Shown here: in pieces, positions 28,494-41,549 of the stretch
How the letters are laid out: every line of letters begins with the position of its first letter
Position numbering within the stretch: the stretch's first letter is position 1
From: Eledone cirrhosa
Taxonomy: Eukaryota
DNA length: 64,000 bases
Assembly (NCBI GenBank): GCA_964016885.1
Contig: OZ024745.1
Span: 84,134,001-84,198,000, forward strand
Direction: 5' to 3'
Notes under the pieces: generated by a model
What the model saw: the letters and a program-made list of their open reading frames with translations, nothing else
Told to the model about the DNA's origin: nothing
Database searches by the model: none
Position numbers and translations under genes: made by a program

Positions 28494-28533
<40 letters not shown>

Positions 28534-28793
28534 TTATCCAGACCACCGTGCTACCATTTTCACCAACACATCACCCGTCTTTTTCCATTCAAATTAGAAG
28601 CTATAAACTTAGCAACTGTAATGTCAAGTAAGAATATTTTCGAAACAGCGAGCGGGTTTGAAATTATTATAAATGTAAGCTATCGCCGTATTTTGACTAA
28701 ATAAATTAAAGAAATTATTTAGCCTGATGGTGAGCTTAAGAACCCAAGGAGAAATGGAAAAAGATGAGTATTGACGCGTACGTCAATATTCAT

Positions 28794-28832
<39 letters not shown>

Positions 28833-28976
28833 TCTGCATAGAATCATCTCATAATCATTAAGCGTTCGTTGGGTTGCCTGCGAGTTCGTACTTATATGTT
28901 GTGTCGCGGTTAAATAGAGCGTTTAAGTACTACGTAGTGCATAATGAATTTCCTTGTTATCGGCTCTCTCTCTCCC

Positions 28977-29041
<65 letters not shown>

Positions 29042-29851
29042 ACTCTCTCTCTCTCTCTCTCTCTCTGTATACTCGGTCATTTCCAGTAATTATAACAATG
29101 TCCACCTTTTAAACATCACATTTTTCTCTAGTGTTAACTTCATTCGAGATGCAATTTTATTATCAGTTATATATGTATTAAGTTCAGTATTTCCGTCCAT
29201 CCCCCCTCTCACTCTCTCTCTCTCTCTCTCTCTTACTCTCTCACTCTGTAGTGTCACTCTCGATATATGTATAAAAATGAAACAATATATGAGAATGAAA
29301 AATGTTTAAATCAAAGAGAAAGTAATCAATTAACACTAGAGAAAAGAAAACAAACATAGGTACGCACGTACACACACACATATATATAAAGAAATATTCA
29401 TTTTTATACCATATCGATAATGACACTTCTTTTTACTATTACACTCCCTTCCTTCTTTATCTTCCGCATATAAGTGACCGCGCGCGTGTGTGTGTCTATA
29501 CGCGTGCTTTCATACTCGTATGTGTATTTAATACCTGTATGTGGATGCGTGTTAACTATATTATCATACAATTTCTTTTTCAACTCTTATTATATACGTA
29601 TTTGTGGTCACATATACACAAATATACTTGCTCTCATATATGTACTTACGCACACATTTTCACCATACACATGAATTTGTACATACACACATATGTACAT
29701 TTGTGAGTGTATATACATACATATACACATACCCTAACTACATTTCCTTATTTTTTTATATATCTCTTGCATTACTTTTATTTATATATTTTTTGCCCGT
29801 TAAACTCTTGCATTTCTTGAGGAGACTTTTCAAATATTTCACTATGTTTTA

Positions 29852-29928
29852 AATTGCTTGTCCGACGAACGAATGAGGACGTTTTTCGTATTCGTCTTAT
29901 TCGGGAAACCTCTGGTAATGAAGTAATT
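29852..29928 (+). ncRNA. Hammerhead motif (CCGACGA core variant)
   Basis: Stem II CGAATGAGGACG/CGTCTTATTCG, then G GAAA CC TCT GG TA; stem I AATTGCTTGT/ATGAAGTAATT. Confidence 0.6.
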
Positions 29929-29951
29929 ATATTGTATTGTTTATTATACAT

Positions 29952-30057
<106 letters not shown>

Positions 30058-30916
30058 TGTCTGTGTTTGTCTCTGTCTGTCTATGTCTGTGTTTGTGTGT
30101 AAGCAATCTATTTTAGAACCGTTGAGCGAGAGGATGTTCTGAATTTTAATAGCTTCTACGTTTTTGACTATGAAAAGTAGTCGAAGTCGCGCATTTAAAC
30201 CCAGTATTTGTAGTGTACAGCACCGCTCGTGGGATTCGAAACTACACCTGGAACATACCATTTAACAGTGTTGACTTTTACAGCCGATGAATCTTCCGTT
30301 ATTCTTAAACCTTATCATTCAGCCAGAAAATATGCAAACAATATACTATAAAACTGTTGAGCGATAGAAAGTTTTCAATTTCAATAGCTTCAACGGTTTT
30401 GACTATGAAAAATAATATATGTACCATTTTTGAAGAAAGAATAAAATGATCACAGTTGAAATATCTTTGATAATGAGTCCTATGGATCACAACTGACTTA
30501 GGGCTTGCCTTTTTTATCATTATCTTTTTTTTTTTATTCATAATTTGTTTCCGTGGAAATATAATTTTTTCAGGAAAACTTTGCATATAACGTATTGAGA
30601 ATAGCTTAATGTAATTTATATCTGTGAGAAAACAACTCAGTTCAGATGTACCTGGTTAAACGTTCGATAATACCCCTCCAGATGAAACTGCTTGTTAAAA
30701 TATAACAAAACAAAGCCTCATCAGTTATTAAAGCAGTTACTTGTCATAAAACAGTTCCATACATTCTATTGTGTTAGCTATAATGGCTAAAACAAATTAA
30801 AGATCAAAATATATAAATATAAATATAATGGAAAAATTTGAACAGAGACAAAACAGAGAGGCAGTACAACGAATGTTTATTAATTTCACGCTCTGGAGAG
30901 TGGGGTGTTGGTGGGG

Positions 30917-30950
30917 GACGACGTTTCGGGCATAAGCCCTTCCTCAGGTG
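30917..30950 (-). ncRNA. Minimal Penelope-type hammerhead
   Basis: CAC CTGAGGA A GGGC TTAT GCCC GAAA CG TC GTC, followed by AATAAA and a tail ending near 30820. Confidence 0.75.
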
Positions 30951-31093
30951 AGAAGTGTGTGGGAACAGAGTTCAAAGGGTGTGTAGGGGAGTGGTGGAGA
31001 GACATATAGCGAAAGGAAACGGTGCGAATGAAAAAATAAAAAATAAAGATAAAAATAAAAATAAAGCATGATCAAAATACAAGGAATGAATAA

Positions 31094-31145
<52 letters not shown>

Positions 31146-31219
31146 TTCAAAATGACAGACAAACGCAGGGGTCAATGGTATATAGTGTTATTAGCTTCAC
31201 GCTTGTTGAGACTGAGGGT

Positions 31220-31260
<41 letters not shown>

Positions 31261-31309
31261 GATAGATAGATAAATATACACAGGTGTGTATGATTGTGCA
31301 TAGAAGATT

Positions 31310-31588
31310 ATATTAATAAGAGGAATTCCAACTTTGTCTGATTTACTCGTTTTATTTACAATCCTTTAAAATTTATAATGTTCAGCTGTTGTCAGCTGAA
31401 AATTGCAAACTTGACTGTCACCACACATTATGAACCTGAAGATTGCGAAAGCATGAAAGTACTTGTTCAATTAACACTTAACATTTAATATTCTATCATA
31501 CTATTTCATTACAATACCATTATAAATTTTAAAGGATTGTAAATAAAACGAGTAAATCAGACAAAGTTGGAATTCCTCTTATTAATAT
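31310..31588 (+). repeat. Inverted repeat (71-bp arms) enclosing a hammerhead
   Basis: 31310-31380 is the reverse complement of 31518-31588; the right arm ends in (TA)n. Confidence 0.9.
31431..31469 (+). ncRNA. Type I hammerhead ribozyme
   Basis: TGAAC CTGAAGA T TGC GAAA GCA T GAAA GTAC TT GTTCA. Confidence 0.8.
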
Positions 31589-31719
31589 ATATATATATAT
31601 ACAGTATATAAAATGGCTGACTGAACACGTCCTTTTCTTCAATTTTGTCCGTTGCTTCCTCTTCACACTCTCTATTACTTCATTGTACAGTATTGTATTT
31701 CAACATAGTTTCTGTTTAC

Positions 31720-31830
<111 letters not shown>

Positions 31831-32022
31831 GAAAAGACAAGATGGAGTAGAAGTTTAAGACTAAAAAGAAGATTAAGCACAATAAAAACGGAGTCATTGA
31901 GGAGGTCACAGATTTTGTGACAGAAGAACTTCAACAAACGAATGAATATCGAGCAATAAAGATAAAGATGAAGTGAAAATCATATTGGCAATACTGACAA
32001 CATCGCCATTCCGAAATATAAC

Positions 32023-32051
<29 letters not shown>

Positions 32052-32055
<4 letters not shown>

Positions 32056-32725
32056 ATAACTAGAAATTGATTAACATATATATAAACATGAATAATCACA
32101 GGAGATAATTTTTACAAGTGTGTAACCACACATAGCTAGGTAGGTAATTAAATAAAGTTGACCAGAACTTCAAAAATAGATACCTTATAATATGATTAAT
32201 CTTCTCTGTATATATTCCATTAAAGAAATATATTTCACCAATTAATCAGATGGTAAACCACTGAAGTGGATATTTTGGATTTTCAACAAGGAAGAAAATT
32301 TCCAGCAATCCGTGTTTACACTACAAGTTCAAATCTGCAACTGGATATTACCACGTGTTGTATTTACAATAAATACACACATAATAGTAGCTTCGTCCCA
32401 GTGGCGTGAATAGGGTTATCGACAACTAGAAACAGCAGTCCTTTCAACAGAGTTAGCTCTACAATTAAGGAGCCGTATTTATATATCTATATCCCAAATT
32501 AAGAGAAATTAAATGAATTATTAAATATATTTCTTTAAATTAAATATATTTCTTTAATGGAATATATACGGGGAAGATTAATCATATTATAAGGTATCTA
32601 TTTTTGAAGTTCTAGTCAACTTTATTTAGTTACCTACCTAGCTATGTGTGGTTACACACTTGTAAAAATTATCTCCTGTGATTATTCATGTTTATATATA
32701 TGTTAATCAATTTCTAGTTATTATA
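32052..32725. repeat. Inverted repeat, about 185-bp arms, about 305-bp spacer, tail to about 32850, between (TA)n
   Basis: 32052-32235 vs 32542-32725. Confidence 0.9.
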
Positions 32726-32847
32726 AAATGCTCGGACCTACTCGTTAGAATCTTAGAGCTTATTTTCCGGGTGATATGGCGCATGCCTTTCTGGCATGAC
32801 ACCCATAATTTTGATTTAGATTAAATTCATTTAATTTAGCTTAATTT

Positions 32848-32927
<80 letters not shown>

Positions 32928-33080
32928 ATTTTAAAAAAATTATCGCTCTACATGGCTTAATACAATAAATGTAGTCTGAGTTTTTCGAATATTAATAATA
33001 ATATTCGATTCGTTTGCAATTAAAACAAATTTTAAAGCCGTGTCAGAAGAATGAGCCAGAACTGAAGAATGTAAACAGAA

Positions 33081-33125
33081 CTGCATGACACTAATGTTTC
33101 TGGATATCACCCTTCATCAGTACAG
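33081..33125 (-). ncRNA. Type I hammerhead motif
   Basis: CTGTA CTGATGA AGG GTGATAT CCA GAAA CAT TA GTG TC ATGCAG. Confidence 0.7.
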
Positions 33126-33545
33126 TTCACTGGTCACCTGCCAACTGTCAGAGCTAGTGAAAATATATGATATTTTCTAAAATATACAGTGACTGATCAG
33201 CCTGATTTTCATATTAGCAGATTGGCTGATCAGTCGGATTTGCATATTAGTAGATCCACTGATCAGCCAGATTTGCATATCAGCAGACTGGCCAGTCAAT
33301 GTCCTGTATACTAGCGATGAATGACCGGCTTTGCCATATTCAAATAAAAAAAAAGTATCGCTCTACATGGCTGAATACAATAATTGTAATCTGAGTTTTT
33401 CGAATATTAATAATAATATTCGATTCGTTTGCAATTGTGCCAACAGCCTCATTTTAAAAGCCATGTCAGTAGAATGAGCCCCTCATTCTTGCTCTTGTGT
33501 TGGCATAATGCCAAAATGAGGCTGTTTGCAGAATTGCAAACGAGT

Positions 33546-33732
33546 TGGTGAATTGGCAGTATCGGTAGAGGGTCAGACGCCATGCTTTCTAGCATAGTTA
33601 TGTCCCTTTATGGTCTGAGTTCAAATCCCGCCGAGGTTAACTTTGCCTTTCATCCTTACGGGGTCGATAAAATAAAGTACCAGTAATGTACTGGGATAAT
33701 TGCTGGCCTTGTGCCAAAAAGTACAAACAATT
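33546..33732 (+). mobile_element. tRNA-derived SINE (Meta-like), full length
   Basis: TGGCAGTATCGG; GAGTTCAAATCC; GCCTTTCATCCTTACGGGGTCGATAAAATAAAGTACCAG. Confidence 0.9.
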
Positions 33733-35144
33733 ATTAATATTCGAAACGAAAAACTCAGATTAAATTTATTATATATATATACATATATATGTGTGTGTGT
33801 GTGTGCGTGTGTGTGTATAAACACATACACGGACACACAGACACAGCTACGCTTTAGCCTCTGTATTATTCTTTGTAATACCGTAGGTGTTTTGATTTAT
33901 CTCTAACATTATAAGAAGGAAACAAACAGCGCCCATGTTGTGGTGTGCATGGTTTCTGTCACTATTTGCTTCCTGTTTTGTGACTTTTTCGGTTTTTCTT
34001 ACTCTTATTCGTTTCTTTCTGTAAATTGTTAATCATTCTATAATTTATGTAAATAGAAATGTTTCATTTTTCAATTTCTGTAAACTCGCCTATGGTGGAT
34101 TCTCCAATAGGATTTCATCAAAGATCGAAAAGGTTTATTGATTAGCTGACATGAAATGCTGCATGCATATGATTTCATTAAGGTTATTTATAGAGGTTAG
34201 TATAAATTGATACAATGAAAAACACATGGAATGTTAATTATATACAAGCAATGTTATAGGTGATTGTGTTTAGGTGTATACAGCAGTCTTCTTAAAATGT
34301 TTGCTTTCTCAGGAAAAAGACAGGATGTTCATGGTTGGAACACCTTTGACCATTTGTCTGCTCGACATGTCTGTTCAATATGTCTGGAGCTAAAACATAA
34401 TTTTATGCAATAAGGATATTTTTAAAAAGTTTTATATAAATCATATATGAACTCTAAATACAACTCTTTTGGGAGAGGGGCAGAAAAAATAGTTGTGTTA
34501 GGTGGGTGCAGGGCTATTTGAACGATAAAGGTTTGGCTGCGAAAAGATATGGGTATTTTTCAATCACAGTATTAACAATGGTCTCTGCATTGTCTTGTTA
34601 TTGCTCGTGTTGATGATGATGATGAGGACAATGAGGAAGAGGCGTAAGGGAGTGGGAGTGAGTGTATTGCTGGAGGAGGAGGAGGTGTTTATTATAGCCA
34701 GATCTGATTTTATCAATACAACCAATGAAAACAAATGTTTTAGGTTACATGTAAACCGATAACATCGTTTTTATTTTGTTTCTTTTTCTGTTTTTTTTTT
34801 GTTTGTGGTTATTTTGGGGGGGAATGGGGGGGGTATTGTTATTTGTTTCTAGTTTTCATAACGCTACGCCGTCCCTGCCTTCATAAACAGATTTACAAAT
34901 TGCCATAGATTGTAATTAGTAACTAGGATATAAATTATGTTTTCTTTCCTGCTACTAATTTGTTTCAGCTAACACAGGAAAACATATGATGTTTCCAATT
35001 TTTTGCATGTTATTTTTTTGCTGTTTTTGACATCCACAGTCCTTAGTTCGTTTTCTTTGTATCCTCTTTTGAATACTTCAAGTACAATGGAATTCATACA
35101 AATCACTGTTTGTTAGCATTAGATTTTTGTTGTTCATAATCTAC

Positions 35145-35620
35145 TGACGAATAGGCAAAGCAGTTAAACAAAACATGCTTTACGGTGGTTAATTACGACT
35201 GTAGTAAGTTCTGAGCTCGAATCCTGCTGAGATCAACTTCTATACTTACTGGATCGATAAAATAATTTAGCAGTCCCGTATGGGAGATGGGGCAGAGTGA
35301 TTTATTCGACTTCCCTCTACCACTAAATTGCCGGCCTTGTGCCTCAATTAGAAACCAATTACCTATTGTTCATATTTTGGCGTTGATTAAACGAAGTCGT
35401 TAGAGGGTAACATAGAATACTTTGTGGTATTTTTTCCGGTTCTCTATGCTCTGGGTTCAAATCACACCGAGGTCAGTTTTGCCTTTCATCCTCTCGAGGG
35501 TTGATATAATAAAGTACCAGAACAAATCAATGAATTGGTGGAATTGTTAGAACATTGGATGAGGTGTCTTGCATTATTTGTTCCTACACTTTGCTCTCTG
35601 ACTTCAAATTCCGCTGCGGC
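35145..35620 (+). mobile_element. Cluster of three diverged SINE copies or fragments
   Basis: Repeated B-box and central-domain motifs at about 35210, 35455 and 35600. Confidence 0.65.
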
Positions 35621-35818
35621 CTCCTTAGTTGGTCAACGTAATCTGCTGCCCAGGCCCTTAAATGACTTTAGTGAAATTTACTCATTTACAAGTATTCCGA
35701 TCAAGTTTATGGTTTGAAGATTCTTTTCTCATGCCAATCTTGGAAACCATGTAAAGAATCATGAGTAGTACCGTTCTCTCTCTGACTAAACATTAAAACT
35801 TGAAAACAAGAAGAAACA

Positions 35819-36077
35819 TCACGAGTTTCCTTTCTTACTGTGAATGACCGTATATTTACATACTATGTGTGTATTCGATTAGGTAATATGTCAATGTATT
35901 GAAAGAAATTGTAATTAACGGTCCAGTAGTACTAGTTGTTACCAGTTGTACCAAGTTGTACTTGGTACAACTGGACCGTAATTACAATTTCTTTCAATAC
36001 ATTGACATATTACCTAATCGAATACACTGACAGTATGTAAATATACGGTCATTCACGGTAAGAAAGGAAACTCGTGA
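35819..36077. repeat. Fold-back inverted repeat (about 107-bp arms) with a nested central palindrome
   Basis: 35819-35925 vs 35970-36077; centre ccagttgtaccaagt-tgt-acttggtacaactgg. Confidence 0.9.
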
Positions 36078-36394
36078 AGTGCAACTGGACCAGACTTGGA
36101 GATCCTAAGGGTCAGGGGAACTGCTTTTGCCTTCTTGATCAAACAGTGACAGAATTGTGTTACTGCTATGCACGGTATTGTAATCTTTTTTTATTTAAAA
36201 GCATGATGTCATGCCTAGTATGTGCTTTATTAAAGTCAGGTCTTATTTACGTAATGTAGCCAACCAAATAAGAGGGATCAGTCAATAAGATACCAGACCT
36301 CTCTGGCTTACCGAGTGGGGTGGAGCTCGTCAAATCGGACCAAGAAAACAATGTTTTCATCGCTGATATTATCTACCGATCGTAACTCCAGATA

Positions 36395-36513
36395 GAAAAG
36401 AGCAACGTGAAATAAGGTGTCTTGCTCAAGGACATAAGGCATTGCCCAGTCATAATCTAACTCACAACCTCACGATTGAAAATTCAATCTCCTAACCACT
36501 AATCCACCCGCCT
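36395..36513 (-). mobile_element. CORE-like SINE head
   Basis: Minus strand tRNA-like head plus ccttgagcaagacaccttatttcacgttgctc. Confidence 0.6.
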
Positions 36514-37268
36514 TTACTAGTGAAACAAAAAGAAATATTTAATTAATTAAAAATATACCCGTAATGAAAATAAACGTCATTTGCGTTAATCATAATTTCG
36601 TCAAAGACAACAAAAACACCACCGACGTCTATTAGTCTTGCTTATGCTATAGAGTTGTGGTAAACCCACGAAAAGCCGCTTTTGTTGTTAGTTTTTCATA
36701 TTGCAAAGTCGATTTCTATTTGAACATTTTCCCTTATCTAGCACTGTTGATGACTCTCACTCGCAATATCTTCTTCAAAATCTTTAGACTGTCATCCGTA
36801 ACACGAATGCTTTCACTAACACGACAGTACTTCGTGCTTGCCAAAGAAACTGATCTCTCTTGTCAATAACCTGATTTTTTTCTTTGTCACCTTATGATTA
36901 ACAAATAGTTGTTTCTGTTTCTTTTTATGTGTAGGAATTTTTTACGGTCTCATAAAATTTAAATCTTCTCGTAAAAGAATCGTGCCATATTCCATGGTTT
37001 TCATGGGAATAGTGAACAAAAGAACAATATTAAGAAAACAATGCTTACAACAATTTTAACAACAAAATTAACCGCAATAATAATAATTAAAACAATAACA
37101 AGTAAAACAGCATAAGAACAGAACCATTTACAACAATAATAGTAATACCATCAACAAAACCATCAAACACGACGAAAGATATACATACCAAAATATATAC
37201 ATACATATATGTGTGTATGTTTATATTTATATACGTATGTATATATGTATATATACATATATATTATA

Positions 37269-37413
37269 CTAGCAGAATGGCCCGGCATTGCTCGAGATTT
37301 GCTCTAGGGTCTTATATATTTGATATATATTTATCCTTATCGAGCCTCGTGAAATAAATACGTTTCTTTATATTTTGTTATTGTGTATGCAAAAATATCT
37401 GTACACGAATATA

Positions 37414-37469
<56 letters not shown>

Positions 37470-37581
37470 TAACAAATTAAAGTTTAAGCAAAGAATCGCT
37501 GCTTTCACCCTTAACGGGATCTTCTGAAACTAAAAAAATCAATCTGTGAACGCAGAAGTAAATATTTCGAAAAACGTTACA

Positions 37582-37627
<46 letters not shown>

Positions 37628-38119
37628 TATCTATCTAATCTAAGGCGGGTAAAATTCCCGAGATCCATGGGCGAGTTATCTCCAGCGGTCTCTGTCCCTC
37701 ATTTTCGCTGCCATGTCCTGCGTCTTCAACAGACCAGTGTCTGTCCTTAGGGCATCAACATACGTTAACCTTGGTCTTCCACTTCTAGTGTGTCCATGTA
37801 GCAGCTCCCACTATATATATACATATATACACACATATATAGCGTCATAGTGTCGTAATGCAGACAGCCAGACATACAGACATATATTATAAGGGCGCAA
37901 CGTTATATCTATGTATCTATCTAAAAGGAAAGACGAAGAATTATAGAGAGAGATCGCTAAATCGCCTAATGCTATCCCAAGGGCATTGAACATTTGAAAT
38001 TGCTTTTGCTCAAAACACTCACAAGACTATAAGTATTACATGTGTATAATTTGAAAACAATCGGTTGGGTGGTTCTCGAATTTTAGGGTGACAGACATTC
38101 TCTGCTTTAGATATATAGA
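37269..38119 (-). mobile_element. Non-autonomous Helitron-like element
   Basis: Minus-strand 5' TC at an A|T junction (38119), 3' GC-rich hairpin plus CTAG (37269). Shares modules with 59926-61080. Confidence 0.7.
37628..37811 (-). mobile_element. RTE-like LINE 3' end with (TAGA)n tail, nested in the Helitron-like element
   Basis: WELLHGHTRSGRPRLTYVDALRTDTGL..MRDRDRWR*. Confidence 0.8.
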
Positions 38120-38121
38120 TA

Positions 38122-39115
38122 TCTGTATATATATAAAATTAAGTATGTATGTGTATCTGTGTGTCTGTGTATTACCTATAGAGGCCTACAACTTACGACC
38201 GATTTTCATGAAACTTTACAGGCTGAGAGATTAGTCATCGGGGAGTGTTTTCTATATATCAGCGTATCGTTTTTTATTCCGGGGTCATTCTGCAGATAAA
38301 AATCGATAGGAGGAGGTCTCCTTTTTTTAGGATTTCGAAAATAAGATTTTTGGCTCTAGCTCCCACATTTTGCCACTGATTTCGTTCAAATTTTAAAGCA
38401 AAATAGAATTTATCATGGCACATTCTGTAATGGCTTTATATTTTGCATTTGTTGTTCAGGGACGGCGTAGCAGCCGCTTAAATATTCAAAAATACCACTT
38501 TTAGATTCAAATTTCCACTTTTTCGGCTCTAGCTCCCACATTAATCAGCCTACTTTGTTCAAATTTTACACTACGCTAGATCTGATTATTTCATGTCTTA
38601 TAGTGGCTTTACATTTTGGATATTTTGTTCAGGAATGGCGTGGCCGCTGCTTAAATATTCGAGAATACCACCTTTTCGGCTCTAGCTCCCACATTTTCAA
38701 CCGATTTCGTTCCAATTCGAAAATTCGGCTCCACTTCATACATAAATCAATTTATTTGGTTCAACTTTTATACTACGATAGAACCTATCATTGCACATCT
38801 TATAGATGGTCAAAGGCAAAACGATGGCCACTGATGTCGTCTGAGCTTTTAGTTGTGTATTTGAGAATTCATCGGTTTCCAATCAAGTAGCGTGAGGAAA
38901 TCTGGCTTAGTGTTAGAGGTCATTACCTCCCTCCCCAGCATGACCCTTCGTCAGTCACCCGCGTTTCTCAGTGATAGAGGTCATCACCACCCACCTCCGC
39001 AGGGCCTGTGTGTGGCCATAGATGAGTCATCGAGAAGCAGTCGCTAAGATCAACACCTTTTCATCAAAGCAGATATTATTTTACCTACCCAGGCAACGCT
39101 GGGTACTGCTGCTAG
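38122..39115 (+). mobile_element. Non-autonomous Helitron-like element with internal 150-170-bp subrepeats
   Basis: A|TC start; end CCCAG GCAACG CTGGG ... CTAG|T; ggctctagctcccacatt repeated at about 38352, 38525 and 38678. Confidence 0.75.
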
Positions 39116-39371
39116 TATATATATATATATTTATATATATATATTTATATATATATATTTATATATATATATATTTAAATATATATATTTATATATATAT
39201 ATTTATATATATATTTATATATATATATAAATATATATATATTTATATATATATATTTATATATATATTTATATATACATGTAGATGTGGTACAGGCATG
39301 TAGATTGCATGTAGATGGTGTGATGCCTGGCATCACACCATCTCAAGCATGAGGGGAAAACGACCATATCT

Positions 39372-39496
<125 letters not shown>

Positions 39497-39545
39497 TAGA
39501 GGTCATCACCACCCACCTCCGCAGGGCCTGTGTGTGGCCATAGAT

Positions 39546-39592
<47 letters not shown>

Positions 39593-39628
39593 ACACACAC
39601 ACACAGACACACACGCACACATACTACT

Positions 39629-40181
<553 letters not shown>

Positions 40182-40313
40182 AGTAATAAACAGAGTAAAT
40201 TGTGTGTCTATATTTACGAGGGTTGAAATACCACGTTGGTTTGATACATTTAACCTGAAGCAAACGGAAAATACAGAATAAAATATATAGACCGTTTCAA
40301 TAACTATTTCATC

Positions 40314-40395
40314 TCCCGGACAGATTAGAGATTTAATCTGTTTCGCCCTGAAAATTGTGTTTGTAACAGATAATCCGTAGGCATCATCAGCGAGA
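40314..40395 (-). ncRNA. Type I hammerhead with a full stem III
   Basis: TCTCG CTGATGA T GCCT...GGGC GAAA CAGATTA AATCTC TAATCTG TC CGGGA. Confidence 0.85.
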
Positions 40396-40467
40396 GATTA
40401 GATTAAATGTGACAAACACCTAAAACTAAAAGCTACACGAATGTGTGTGTGTGTGTGCGTGTGTGAG

Positions 40468-40538
<71 letters not shown>

Positions 40539-41549
40539 AGAGCGAACACCTGAATTCTATTTTCCGGCCGAGCCGACCGACAGCTCAATATGCAAATGAG
40601 GCTAATTAACCCATGTACATAGTTTCAAAATTATAAGTGTTCACCAATATTGAGATCCAGCAGAGAGCACTGTCTTGATATCGACCAGAGTCAGAAACGA
40701 TGTACGTCATCGACAGTTACCCACCCTTGCTTCTGCTGGAATCCGCTAGATGGCTCTACGTCATCAGTTTCCGAACTTCATCGCTGAAGGCTTTCCAAAT
40801 GTTTATTCATACCGTATATACCGCACATCGCAAGATATACAACTACTCATATCTATATGTATAGAGCTATGTTAGAGCGAACACCTTAATAATATATATA
40901 TGTGTGTGTCTCTATGTGTGCCTACCTACCTATCTATTTATCAATCGATCGATATATTTATCTATCCATCTACCTATCTATCTGTCTATGTATCTATCTA
41001 CCTACATACAAATATGTATATAGTTAAACTTATATATTTCTTCCATGTACTGTGCCGTTTGTTTTGTTATTTCTGTTTACCTTTTATAACGTCAGAAATG
41101 TTAAGACCCTCTTCCTGCTATATCAAGCGTTAACCTAATATATCCCTTCCATATACTGTACCGATTGTGTTTGTTATATCTGTTTACCTTTTACATATAT
41201 ATATATAAACGTTTGTACTTGTGAAGCCAAAACAATGCAGGTATGGATATAGAATATTAATGCAAATGCAAAAGATATTGTTGACAATTAGCCTTTTACC
41301 TTAAATTTATTTAAATATCCTTAATTTTTGAGATAATATCTCTTCTTCGGAGGGAAGTAAAGTGGTTAAACCAGCGTTCTAAATAGCTTGCCAAGTCATG
41401 TTGACAGGAAATGGTATAGAGATTCTGTTCTATCTCTAATGTCAAAGAGTGAAGGTTAGGTGAATAAAGAGTAGTCACCCTTTAAAAGGTGTTTTGTACA
41501 TGTATGTTTAAGTGTCTGGGAGAATACGTGAAGGTGTAAGTATGTGTGT

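Larger units (their letters stand above)
32925..33772 (-). mobile_element. Retrozyme/pLTR-like element: 415-nt period direct repeat plus an inverted arm interrupted by a SINE
   Basis: 32941-33058 repeats at 33356-33480. 33482-33545 and 33733-33770 are inverted copies. Hammerhead at 33081-33125. Confidence 0.7.

Noticed and set aside
33546-33640. tRNA gene
   Set aside because: The A and B boxes belong to SINE heads; there is no cloverleaf.
40287-40316. Second tandem hammerhead downstream of 40314 (-)
   Set aside because: The core reads GAGATGA and stem I does not pair.
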